Below are positions 20,207-29,409 of a stretch of 64,000 nucleotides of DNA, one piece after another; the first letter of the stretch is position 1, and each line of letters opens with the position of its first letter. Position numbers and translations under genes: made by a program. The notes beneath the pieces were generated by a model, which ran no database searches, was not told the origin of the DNA, and saw nothing but the letters and a program-made list of their open reading frames with translations. The stretch is from a virus. The stretch lies in IMG/VR virus record IMGVR_UViG_3300028197_001738, positions 1 to 64,000 of that record; one strand, given 5' to 3'.

Positions 20207-21215
20207 AGAAGATGTAATCAAAAAATTTGGAGATCAAGTAATATTATCTGCAAATGCTATAGTAGATAAAAAATTAGTTATAATACCTTTTAGTCCTTCA
20301 CTAGATATGGCTCTAAATGGAGGAGTACCAGAAGGTAGCTTTATGGTGTTGACAGGACAGCCGAAATGTGGGAAAACAACTTCTGCTTTATCCTTTGCCG
20401 CTATAGCACAGAGAGAAATTTATAAAGGAGAGTTAAAAAAAGATAGACATGTGTACTATCTAAACATAGAAGGTAGATTGAAGAAAAGGGATTTAGAAGG
20501 AATACCAGATTTAGACTTAGAAAGATTTGAAGTTATAGGTTCACAGCAAGGCAAAATTCTACACGCAGAAGAGTACTTACAAATCGCAGAGAGAATTATA
20601 AACGAAGAGCCTGGATCTATAGTAATTATCGATTCTTATTCGGCTTTATGTACAGAAGCAGAAATCACGGCAGATATGGGGAAAATGCAAAGAGCTGACG
20701 GAGCTAAATTGTTAGCTAAATTTTGCAGAAAGGTGGCCAATGTCATACCTGTTAATAAAAATGTAGTTATAGGTATTACTCATCTTATGGGTAATCCAAC
20801 AGGATATGGAGCAGAATTTAAAGAAAAGTCTGGTCAAGCTATTGCTTATCAAACAGATGTTAAGCTGAGAGCAAAAACTTTTAAACCGTGGGTCTTGGGT
20901 GCTGATGGCACACAGATAGGACAACAAGTAGAATGGCAAGTAGCATGCTCTGCGCTCGGACCTCCTGGTGCTGTAACCACTGGTTACATCAGATATGGCT
21001 GTGGTATAGATCAACATATGGAAATTATATCAATAGCTTGTGATGTTGGATTGATCAACAAAGCGGGAGCTTGGTATTCTTTAGATTTTTTGGAAGACAA
21101 AGAAAAGAAGAAGCAGAAGTTGCAAGGTACTGAGAAGATTAGAACATTTTTACTAGAGAACCCTAAAGCTTTCGAGAAACTATCAGCCGCTATTAAAGAA
21201 ACTATGGGCATATAA
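20193..21215 (+). CDS. recA: RecA/UvsX-like recombinase
   Basis: SLDMALNGGVPEG, GQPKCGKTT (Walker A), VIIDS, G.I.K.GAWY, QG.EK.R.FL.EN. Confidence 0.9.
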   Translation: MMGFKEDVIKKFGDQVILSANAIVDKKLVIIPFSPSLDMALNGGVPEGSFMVLTGQPKCGKTTSALSFAAIAQREIYKGELKKDRHVYYLNIEGRLKKRDLEGIPDLDLERFEVIGSQQGKILHAEEYLQIAERIINEEPGSIVIIDSYSALCTEAEITADMGKMQRADGAKLLAKFCRKVANVIPVNKNVVIGITHLMGNPTGYGAEFKEKSGQAIAYQTDVKLRAKTFKPWVLGADGTQIGQQVEWQVACSALGPPGAVTTGYIRYGCGIDQHMEIISIACDVGLINKAGAWYSLDFLEDKEKKKQKLQGTEKIRTFLLENPKAFEKLSAAIKETMGI

Positions 21216-21217
21216 AT

Positions 21218-21628
21218 ATGTTAATTAAAGATTTGGACGGCAAATCTCATAATTGGACTTTACTTGGGAATATAGCTCATGGACAAATTTCTAATAAGTC
21301 CAACGGGCATTTAGAAGCAAGAAAATTATTATCTGGTGTTTTTCCTACATTGCAGATATTAGAAGAAGTACCTATTCGATTAAGAAAATCACAAACTTTA
21401 TATTTAGATTTTTATTTACCATTAAATAAATTGTGCGTAGAAGTTCACGGTGAGCAACATTATAGATTTATAACACACTACCATCGTAATCAAATAGGTT
21501 TTTTGAAACACAAGAAGAGAGACAAGGAAAAGATGGAGTGGTGTGAAATTAATGATATTAAATATGTGGAATTGCCTTACAATGAGAATTTAGACCAGTG
21601 GAAACAAAGGATAGACAGTGAACACTAA
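21218..21628 (+). CDS. PD-(D/E)XK / Vsr-like endonuclease
   Basis: LYLDFYLP...VEVHGEQHY, RDKEK.EWC..N.I..VE. Confidence 0.8.
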   Translation: MLIKDLDGKSHNWTLLGNIAHGQISNKSNGHLEARKLLSGVFPTLQILEEVPIRLRKSQTLYLDFYLPLNKLCVEVHGEQHYRFITHYHRNQIGFLKHKKRDKEKMEWCEINDIKYVELPYNENLDQWKQRIDSEH

Positions 21629-22103
21629 AGAACAAGTATCTGAATGGGATAAAGTACTAGATGAGTACGAAAATACTCTTGGGTTTACTTCTTATGAGAT
21701 GCATAATAAATTTTCTGACGACGAACTCAATTTATACTTTACTATGAATAGAGACTCGATAGAAAAATTAACCCCAGAAGACTGTGCTCAAATAGCTATG
21801 AGATTATCTCAATACTCCTTGTTTATTCAAAGAACATTGAATAGAGAAATAGCTAGACATAATTGGGCAGAAGAGACTATTAAGGAAACTATTGCGGACG
21901 AGATCAATAACTATAAGGGTTATGGTTATATAGAAAAATCACTACAGGCCATCAAACACAATGATAAAGCGAATTCTTTAAATAAAATAAAAAAATATGC
22001 AAAACAAAGAATGGACAGAATGTCTTACATAGCTAACAACGTAAAAAATTTATCAGATATCTTATTAGCTGTACAGAAAACAAAGGTGAAACATGGATCT
22101 TAA
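21618..22103 (+). CDS. Helical protein, possibly a UvsY-like recombination mediator
   Basis: Long helical/coiled-coil pattern between recA and the helicase; the function is inferred from context. Confidence 0.5.
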   Translation: MNTKEQVSEWDKVLDEYENTLGFTSYEMHNKFSDDELNLYFTMNRDSIEKLTPEDCAQIAMRLSQYSLFIQRTLNREIARHNWAEETIKETIADEINNYKGYGYIEKSLQAIKHNDKANSLNKIKKYAKQRMDRMSYIANNVKNLSDILLAVQKTKVKHGS

Positions 22104-22503
22104 TGAACTCTTTAAAGACAAGAATCAAATTAAAAGTCTTATTACATTATTACAACAGGTTGTTGATTCTCAAGAAACAGAAGATGAGTCAAAAATAGAA
22201 GACACCGAGCAACAGGAAGCACAACCCAACAGTAAGATAAAGACCAGAGAATCTCGTAGAGTCGTAAAAAATAACGGGTTTGTGAATAAATTTGACAGTA
22301 TGTCAGAATTTAATTCCTTCAAAGCGGATGGTGCCATAGACAAAGTTTTATCTCAACAGCCTCCTGTAGCCAGAACTAGAGAATTTGAAGCGATAAATGT
22401 CGTATGTAGAGTATGTGGAAAACAAGAAAATGTAAATCCGTCATTAGCTCATGAAGGCCCAGCTAGATATAAGTGTAACAATTGTTCCAAATTACCAGGA
22501 TAA
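22093..22503 (+). CDS. Hypothetical protein with C-terminal zinc ribbon
   Basis: CRVC...CNNC. Confidence 0.65.
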   Translation: MDLNELFKDKNQIKSLITLLQQVVDSQETEDESKIEDTEQQEAQPNSKIKTRESRRVVKNNGFVNKFDSMSEFNSFKADGAIDKVLSQQPPVARTREFEAINVVCRVCGKQENVNPSLAHEGPARYKCNNCSKLPG

Positions 22504-22507
22504 ATAA

Positions 22508-23974
22508 ATGATACTTTGTGATCCTTCGTCAGAACGTGCTGTTCTCAGCGGTGTTTTGAAGTACGGAGAAGATGCTTTTTTGGATATTGCAGATGTTCTT
22601 CAGTCTTCATCATTTACTATTGATAGCAATCAAATTATTTATAAATGTATAAAAAACATTTGTGAAAAAGAACAAAAACCATCTATAGACATAGCTTCAA
22701 TATATTCAGCAGCTCAGGAGTTGGATTTATCTCATGTCTTTGATAAAAAAGATGAAGTTCAGCACCTAAAAGCAATATTTGATTTCCCTGTGAATCTTGC
22801 GAATGTAAGAAAATTTGCTGTAAAAATTCGTAAACTAGAAATTGCAAGACTATTACATTCCGAACTAAAAGACACTCAAAATAAATTATTGGACATTAAT
22901 GGTAGCGAGTCCATATCAACAATTTTAGGTATCGCTGAAGAAGCAGTATTTAACTTCGGAAGTCAATTAGGTACAGACTCAGAAGCTGCGCCATCAATGA
23001 TGGCAGAAGGTATTGAAGAATATATTGATGAGCTTAGAGAAAATCCAATAGACCAAGTTGGTATACCTACTGGATTTCCTGTTTATGATCAGTCTATAGG
23101 AGGGGGTTTACGTAGAGGTACTATTAATGTTATCGGAGCTAGACCTAAAGTTGGTAAAACTTTGTTATCAGACAATATGGGTTTTCATATAGCTAACAAG
23201 CTGAAGATACCTGTTTTAAATATGGACACAGAGATGACAAAGAATGATCATATACATCGCCTATTGGCTATGTCTACAGAAATAGAAATGTCTAAAATAG
23301 AAACTGGTCAGTTTGCAGATTCAGCAGCTTTAAATGAAAAAATTAATCAAGGAGCGCAAAGCCTAAAAGAATCTCCTTTGTTTCATAAAAGCATAGCAGG
23401 CAAATCTTTTGATGAGCAGCTTTCTATTATGAGAAGATGGTTACTTAAAGAAGTAGGGCTGAATGACGACGGGACCGCAAAAGAATGTGTTATATTTTAT
23501 GATTATTTGAAACTCATGGATTCTGCTGGAATTAATCAAGACCTAAAAGAATATCAAGTTCTGGGATTTATGATGACCGCTTTGCACAATTTTGCTATGA
23601 GATATCAAGTACCCATAGTGGCCTTTGTTCAATTAAACAGAGATGGTATCACAAAAGAATCAACAGATTCTGCATCTGGATCAGATAGAATTATTTGGCT
23701 GTGTAGTAACTTTACTATATTCAAAAGAAAATCTGACGAAGAAATTGCAGAAGATGGTGCTGATGTAGGAAACAGAAAATTAGTTCCTGTAATTAGCAGA
23801 CATGGTGGAGGCTTAGATGACAATGACTATATTAATTGTAAAATGAAAGGTTGGTGCGCAAAAATAATTGAGGGTAATACTAAACTAGAGGTATCTAATA
23901 ATATTAAGTCACAAAATGATGGGTTTATACTAGATGAAGACAGCAATTCGGAAGATGAAATCAACTTCGTATGA
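22508..23974 (+). CDS. dnaB: Replicative DNA helicase DnaB
   Basis: SERAVLS, GIPTGF, GARPKVGKT, DTEM, YDYLKLM, QLNR. Confidence 0.93.
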   Translation: MILCDPSSERAVLSGVLKYGEDAFLDIADVLQSSSFTIDSNQIIYKCIKNICEKEQKPSIDIASIYSAAQELDLSHVFDKKDEVQHLKAIFDFPVNLANVRKFAVKIRKLEIARLLHSELKDTQNKLLDINGSESISTILGIAEEAVFNFGSQLGTDSEAAPSMMAEGIEEYIDELRENPIDQVGIPTGFPVYDQSIGGGLRRGTINVIGARPKVGKTLLSDNMGFHIANKLKIPVLNMDTEMTKNDHIHRLLAMSTEIEMSKIETGQFADSAALNEKINQGAQSLKESPLFHKSIAGKSFDEQLSIMRRWLLKEVGLNDDGTAKECVIFYDYLKLMDSAGINQDLKEYQVLGFMMTALHNFAMRYQVPIVAFVQLNRDGITKESTDSASGSDRIIWLCSNFTIFKRKSDEEIAEDGADVGNRKLVPVISRHGGGLDDNDYINCKMKGWCAKIIEGNTKLEVSNNIKSQNDGFILDEDSNSEDEINFV

Positions 23975-25046
23975 TCAGAATCAGATTAAAGTTATAGCAG
24001 ACCTTGTGTGTGAAGACATAGAGGGCTTGTTAGAAGCTTTGGGTGTAGAAGAATACAAACTTTTAGACAATATGGTAATTACAAGTTGCCCTATTCATGG
24101 GGGAGATAATTCTTCAGCCTTAAATCTGTACCACACAGGAGACTCTTATAGAGGGAATTGGAAATGCAGGTCTCATAAATGTGAAGAGACCTTCATGCCT
24201 TCTGTTATAGGTTTTATTAGAGGCTGTTTATCTAGAATGAAATACGGCTGGGAAAAAGATGGTGATACTACAGCATCTTTTAAAGAGGCTTTAGAGTATG
24301 CTGTTAAATTTACTAAGCAAGACCCTAGTAATATTAAGGTTTCTAAAACAGCTAAAGAGAAAAATAAATTTGTTAATAATATTAGATACATACAATCCTC
24401 TCCAGTAAACAACAAAGTTAGCAATGGTGTTGGTAGAGACACAGTAAAAAACAATTTAAATATTCCATCAGAGTATTTTATCTCTAGAAATTTTAATAAA
24501 AACATACTTATTAAGTATGATGTAGGAGAATGCAAAACAGCAGGTAAAGAAATGTATGGAAGAGCAGTTGTGCCTATATATGATAATAGTCATAAATATA
24601 TGATAGGTTGTTCTGGCAGGACGCTAGATGATAACATTAAGCCTAAATGGAGGCATAGTACAGGCTTCAAGTCTGAGAACGTATTGTATAACTATTGGTA
24701 TGCTCAAAAACATATTCAAGAAACAGGTATTGCTATTTTAGTAGAAAGCCCCGGAAATGTATGGAAACTTGAAGAGGCCGGAATACATAATTCTTTAGCT
24801 ATATTTGGAGCATCAATAGCCGATAAACAAAAAATGATGCTAGATATATCTGGAGCAATGACTATAATTACTATTATGGACAACGATGAAGCGGGGGTAA
24901 AAGCTTCAGAACAAATAAAATTTAAATGCTGCAGAACATACAATGTAAAAAATATTGCTATCAAAAGTCATAATGATATAGGGGAAATGACATCAGAAGA
25001 AATCAAAAAAATAATCATACCCGAAATTAAGGACTGTTACAAATGA
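23955..25046 (+). CDS. dnaG: DNA primase (zinc finger plus TOPRIM)
   Basis: CPIHGGDN..WKC..C; R.V.PI.D..IG.SGR; LVES; DNDEAG; ND.GEM. The start is probably 23955 (track gives 23934). Confidence 0.9.
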   Translation: MKSTSYDQNQIKVIADLVCEDIEGLLEALGVEEYKLLDNMVITSCPIHGGDNSSALNLYHTGDSYRGNWKCRSHKCEETFMPSVIGFIRGCLSRMKYGWEKDGDTTASFKEALEYAVKFTKQDPSNIKVSKTAKEKNKFVNNIRYIQSSPVNNKVSNGVGRDTVKNNLNIPSEYFISRNFNKNILIKYDVGECKTAGKEMYGRAVVPIYDNSHKYMIGCSGRTLDDNIKPKWRHSTGFKSENVLYNYWYAQKHIQETGIAILVESPGNVWKLEEAGIHNSLAIFGASIADKQKMMLDISGAMTIITIMDNDEAGVKASEQIKFKCCRTYNVKNIAIKSHNDIGEMTSEEIKKIIIPEIKDCYK

Positions 25047-25639
25047 ATATAGTAGCACTTGCTGGAACAAAACAATCTGGAAAAACTTCCTCTTGTGTAT
25101 TTATTCAACAAGCATTCGATGCTTTGCCGGAAACGCAAGGAGTAGCTAAAATATATAATTTTGCTGACCCTCTAAAACAGATGTGTCTTGATATTTTCGG
25201 CTTCAAACGTAGTCAATGCTATGGTTCTGATGAAGATAAAAACGAACTTATAGACTGCTATTGGCCTCAATCTGGAAAACAAATGACAAGCAGGGAAGTT
25301 ATGCAATATGTCGGCACTGACGTTTTTCGGAAGATACAAACAAATGTATGGTCTGATGCAACTATGAGATTGATAAAATCTGAAAATCCTGATTTGGCAT
25401 TAATAGCAGACTGCCGTTTTCCTAATGAGGTTGACGTTGTTAAAAAAGCTGGGGGAGTAGTCATAAAACTTAATAGATCTCCTTATAGGTCTACACACGC
25501 TAGTGAGACAGCACTAGACGAATCGGTTTATGATAGTTCCAACTTTGATTTAATTATAGATAACTCCGAAATGATTCTTGGGGCTAAAAATAATATTATT
25601 TTAAATTACTTATCAGATAAAGGAATACTATCATTATAA
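25043..25639 (+). CDS. Deoxynucleoside monophosphate kinase
   Basis: AGTKQSGKT, FADPLK, REVMQYVGTD.FR, DCRFPNE, HASET.LD. Confidence 0.88.
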   Translation: MNIVALAGTKQSGKTSSCVFIQQAFDALPETQGVAKIYNFADPLKQMCLDIFGFKRSQCYGSDEDKNELIDCYWPQSGKQMTSREVMQYVGTDVFRKIQTNVWSDATMRLIKSENPDLALIADCRFPNEVDVVKKAGGVVIKLNRSPYRSTHASETALDESVYDSSNFDLIIDNSEMILGAKNNIILNYLSDKGILSL

Positions 25640-26676
25640 TTACATATTTTAGAAGCTCCTCTTACAACACCCACTCTATGTGCGAACAGCAGTACTTTAT
25701 AGAGTACGTCCTTGGATGGAGAGGCCCTTCGGGACAAAAGGCTGATAAGGGTACTATTGTACATAAAATTTTAGAAATATTGGCTGTAATCAAACAAGCT
25801 CAACAAAATAATCAAGAAGAAATAAATGATGATCTTTTGGGCCCGATAAGTACCGATAGCTATAATCTCAATACAATTATACATGACGTATATGAATATT
25901 ATACTACCAGAACACCTCATCATAAGTGGACCGCTAAAGATTATAAAGATTGCCATGCTTGGACCTACAAGGCAATAGATTTTAATGACGGAATGTTTGA
26001 TCCAAGAAATAGAAATATATTGTGCCCAGAACAACATTTCGATTTTGAAATTAAAAAACCATGGTCTAAATATAGTTATAAATTGCCAGATGGTAAAAAC
26101 TTAGAAGGTAATTTAGCTATGAAAGGAACCATAGATTTAATTACGCTGGTAAATGAAGATACTATTGAAATTATAGATTGGAAAACAGGAAGAAGGTTAG
26201 ATTGGGCTACCGGTAAAGAAAAAACACAAGAAAAACTTGAGACAGATCCTCAATTAAGAATATATCATTATGCCATTAAACATTTGTATCCCCATATAAA
26301 ACATATCATATTTTCAATTTATTATATCAATGATGGGGGTCCTTTTACTGTTTGTTTCGATGACAAAGATTTGATTTCTACAGAAGATATGTTGCGAGCT
26401 AAATTCAACACTATCAAAGCTGTTAAGCGTCCTAAATTAAAGAAAAGTTGGATGTGTACAAAGTTATGCCATTTTGGTAAAACAACTTTTGAAAATTCTA
26501 TACTTGACCCGACGGTTGAATATAGAGATAATCAAGTATGTAGTAAAGGTTCGTACATGACAAAGTGCGAACAAATTAAACACGATATAGAACTATACGG
26601 TATAGACACTTCTATGGCTCTATATAAACATCCTAATCACTCATTTGGTTCATATCAAGCCCCAGGTTCTGCATGA
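25633..26676 (+). CDS. PD-(D/E)XK RecB/Cas4-like exonuclease, probable non-AUG start
   Basis: In-frame IITYFRSSSYNTHSMCEQQYF, GT.VH.ILE, GTIDL..IIDWKTG, QLRIY, C..LC..C; first ATG is at 25678. Confidence 0.8.
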   Translation: MIITYFRSSSYNTHSMCEQQYFIEYVLGWRGPSGQKADKGTIVHKILEILAVIKQAQQNNQEEINDDLLGPISTDSYNLNTIIHDVYEYYTTRTPHHKWTAKDYKDCHAWTYKAIDFNDGMFDPRNRNILCPEQHFDFEIKKPWSKYSYKLPDGKNLEGNLAMKGTIDLITLVNEDTIEIIDWKTGRRLDWATGKEKTQEKLETDPQLRIYHYAIKHLYPHIKHIIFSIYYINDGGPFTVCFDDKDLISTEDMLRAKFNTIKAVKRPKLKKSWMCTKLCHFGKTTFENSILDPTVEYRDNQVCSKGSYMTKCEQIKHDIELYGIDTSMALYKHPNHSFGSYQAPGSA

Positions 26677-28541
26677 AAAACTATAGCGCATTACATGTCC
26701 ATTCCCATTACAGTTTGATGGATGGTCTTTCTAAACCTTTGCAGATAGCTGACAGATGTAAAGAAGTAGGTATTACAAGCTGTGCCATTACTGATCACGG
26801 CTCCATATCTGGTGCTGTTCAATTCTTTTCGGCTATGAAAAACCAAGGAATTAAACCGATACTGGGATGTGAAATATATGTTTGTAAGGAAAGTCCTGAA
26901 ATAAAAAACAAAACCAATAGTAAACTAAGTCATTTTTTATTATTATCAAAAAATTATGAAGGTTGGAGATCTTTAATTAATATTATTTCAGAATCAAATT
27001 TAGAATGTAATTTTTATCGAAAGCCAAGGCTAGATTTTAACACTCTGGCAAATCTATTAGATGGTAATATTATCGGATATTGTGGACACATGGGGTCCGT
27101 GTTGGCAAACGATCTGATGTCTTCTTCTGAAAATGACATAGGTAAGATAGGCTCAGAATTTGTTGCACATATGAAAGACATTTTTGGTTCTGATAACTTT
27201 TTTCTAGAATCACAGTTAATGGATAAAGAAAATACACCAGAACAAATAGAGATTACAGAACACATACGTAGAATTGCAGAAAACACAAACACTAAAGTAA
27301 TATGTACTCCTGATGCTCATTATTGTAGAAAAGAAGATGCGGTAGATCAGCGCATACTGTTGTGCAATAATCTAAAAACAACATTAGTGGAGATCAACAG
27401 AAAACTACTAAACGACGAAGAAGTTCCTATGTCTTGTTTTTTTAAATCAGATAATTTTCATATATTGTCTCCAGAAGAAATGCAAGAATTACATACAGAA
27501 GAAGAAATCGAAAACACTTTATACGTAGATAGCTTATGTGAAGACTATACCATATTAGATAAACCTATCTTACCCGATTTTAAATGTCCTAAAGGTATGG
27601 ATTCAGCTGAATACTTAAGACATTTGTGTAGACAGGGCTGGAAAAATAAAATTGAACACGATGTAGATAAAAATATGCATGCAAAATATGTTGATAGAAT
27701 TAAATATGAATTAGATGTTTTGCAAGGTGCGGATTTATCCAGCTATTTTTTAATTGTTCAAGATATAGTTCAATATGTTAAAGACAGTTCTTGGCTACCC
27801 GGCCCAGGCAGAGGGTCTGCTGCAGGATGTTTGGTATCTTATCTAATAGGAATAACTTCTATTGATCCAATTAAATATGATCTTATTTTCGAAAGATTTT
27901 ATAATGCAGGTAGAAATACCGGCGGGCATATTTCTATGCCTGATATTGATATAGACGTTCCAATTAACAAGAGAGAAGAGATAATCTCATATATTAAAAA
28001 GCAATATGGTGAAGATAAAGTTTCTCAAATGATAACTTTTAATACCATGAAAGGTAGAGGAGCTTTAAAAGAGGTTCTTAGAGTTTATGGAAATATAACC
28101 TTTGATGAAATGAATAAGATTACTAAATTTATACCAGACGAAGCAAAAATAGCAGATGAGTTGCAAGAAATGAGAGAAGACACAGGAGAGGCTTCTATTA
28201 TAAGATGGGCATTAGAAAATAATGTTGACAAACTAAAGGAATGGTGCTATATTAATGATGAGGGGCAGCTATCAGGGCCTCTAGCTAAAAGATTTGAACA
28301 GGCTATAAGGTTAGAAGGAACTAAATCAAATCAATCAAAACATGCTGCTGGTATCGTAATAAGTAAAGATCCTTTAAGAAGTGTTTGTCCAATGGTATAC
28401 GATTCTAAAAATAAACAATCAATTGCCGGAATGGAAATGCAAGACCTTGAGAGTTTAGGTGTAATTAAATTTGACGTCCTTGGCATAGCCATGTTAGACA
28501 AAATTATGACTATATCTAATATACTAAAAACTGGAGAATAA
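26673..28541 (+). CDS. dnaE: DNA polymerase III alpha, N-terminal part (PHP plus catalytic palm)
   Basis: HVHSHYSLMDG, TDHG, GCE, DAHY, GPGRGSAAG, PDIDID, HAAG, KFDVLG, then a stop. Confidence 0.93.
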   Translation: MKNYSALHVHSHYSLMDGLSKPLQIADRCKEVGITSCAITDHGSISGAVQFFSAMKNQGIKPILGCEIYVCKESPEIKNKTNSKLSHFLLLSKNYEGWRSLINIISESNLECNFYRKPRLDFNTLANLLDGNIIGYCGHMGSVLANDLMSSSENDIGKIGSEFVAHMKDIFGSDNFFLESQLMDKENTPEQIEITEHIRRIAENTNTKVICTPDAHYCRKEDAVDQRILLCNNLKTTLVEINRKLLNDEEVPMSCFFKSDNFHILSPEEMQELHTEEEIENTLYVDSLCEDYTILDKPILPDFKCPKGMDSAEYLRHLCRQGWKNKIEHDVDKNMHAKYVDRIKYELDVLQGADLSSYFLIVQDIVQYVKDSSWLPGPGRGSAAGCLVSYLIGITSIDPIKYDLIFERFYNAGRNTGGHISMPDIDIDVPINKREEIISYIKKQYGEDKVSQMITFNTMKGRGALKEVLRVYGNITFDEMNKITKFIPDEAKIADELQEMREDTGEASIIRWALENNVDKLKEWCYINDEGQLSGPLAKRFEQAIRLEGTKSNQSKHAAGIVISKDPLRSVCPMVYDSKNKQSIAGMEMQDLESLGVIKFDVLGIAMLDKIMTISNILKTGE

Positions 28542-28542
28542 A

Positions 28543-28722
28543 ATGGTTAAAAAATTTAGAGAATTAAATGTCGGAGATCAGTTTACTTATGCTGGTACTC
28601 AGTATATAAAAATGAATCCTGTAAAAGTAAGCTGTTGTAGATCAGTTAATATGCATGTTGTGGGAAACACATCACAAAGAACTTTTTTAAACCCAGATGT
28701 AGAGGTTACAGTTAATGCCTAA
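28543..28722 (+). CDS. 59-aa protein missing from the ORF track (MVKKFRELNVGDQF...VSCCRSVN...)
   Basis: GGAG SD at ~28533; open frame to TAA 28720-28722, overlapping the dnaQ start. Confidence 0.75.
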   Translation: MVKKFRELNVGDQFTYAGTQYIKMNPVKVSCCRSVNMHVVGNTSQRTFLNPDVEVTVNA

Positions 28723-29407
28723 TTTTCAGAAGATATGCGTTTTTGACATGGAAACGGACGGGGCTAAACCTGATAAGTGCAGCCCCGTTCAAATCGCAGC
28801 CATTATGATTGATCCTAATAGGCTGGAAATTATTAAGGATTCGGAATTCAATATTACATTAAAGCCATTGGCTTTAGAAGATGATAAGGACTATGACTAT
28901 AGTGATTCCGATGTGTTAGACTTTCATGCTAAAGTCCAAGGATGTTCAAAAGAAAATATTTTGGATAAGTGGAAGGACTATCCTAAGCAAGAACTGGGTT
29001 GGAAAAATTTTGTTTCTTATCTAGATATGTATCATACTAGGTCTGAAAGAAAATCATGTTTCACAGCACCAATTGCTGCAGGTTATAATATTAATGGTTT
29101 TGATTTAAAAATAGTTGAGAGACTAAGTTCTAAATACAAAAATGTTAATAAAGAGGGAAGATCAAATTTATTTTTCCCTAGAGACGTTATAGATGTAATG
29201 AATTTAATTTTTTATTGGTTTGAAGGAAATAATGAACTAAAGAACTATAAAATGGATAATCTTAGAGAATATTTCGGTATGGATAAAGATGGAGCACATG
29301 ATGCCCTCAAGGATGTACAAGATACAGCAGGGTTACTTATTCGTTTTTTGAAATTGCATAGAAATGTTGCTCAAAAAGTCAGTTTTAGAGATTCTTTTGT
29401 TCAGTAA
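28715..29407 (+). CDS. dnaQ: DEDDh 3'-5' exonuclease (DnaQ/epsilon-like)
   Basis: FDMETDG (ExoI), GYN..GFD (ExoII), HDALKD (ExoIII). Confidence 0.88.
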   Translation: MPNFQKICVFDMETDGAKPDKCSPVQIAAIMIDPNRLEIIKDSEFNITLKPLALEDDKDYDYSDSDVLDFHAKVQGCSKENILDKWKDYPKQELGWKNFVSYLDMYHTRSERKSCFTAPIAAGYNINGFDLKIVERLSSKYKNVNKEGRSNLFFPRDVIDVMNLIFYWFEGNNELKNYKMDNLREYFGMDKDGAHDALKDVQDTAGLLIRFLKLHRNVAQKVSFRDSFVQ

Positions 29408-29409
29408 TT

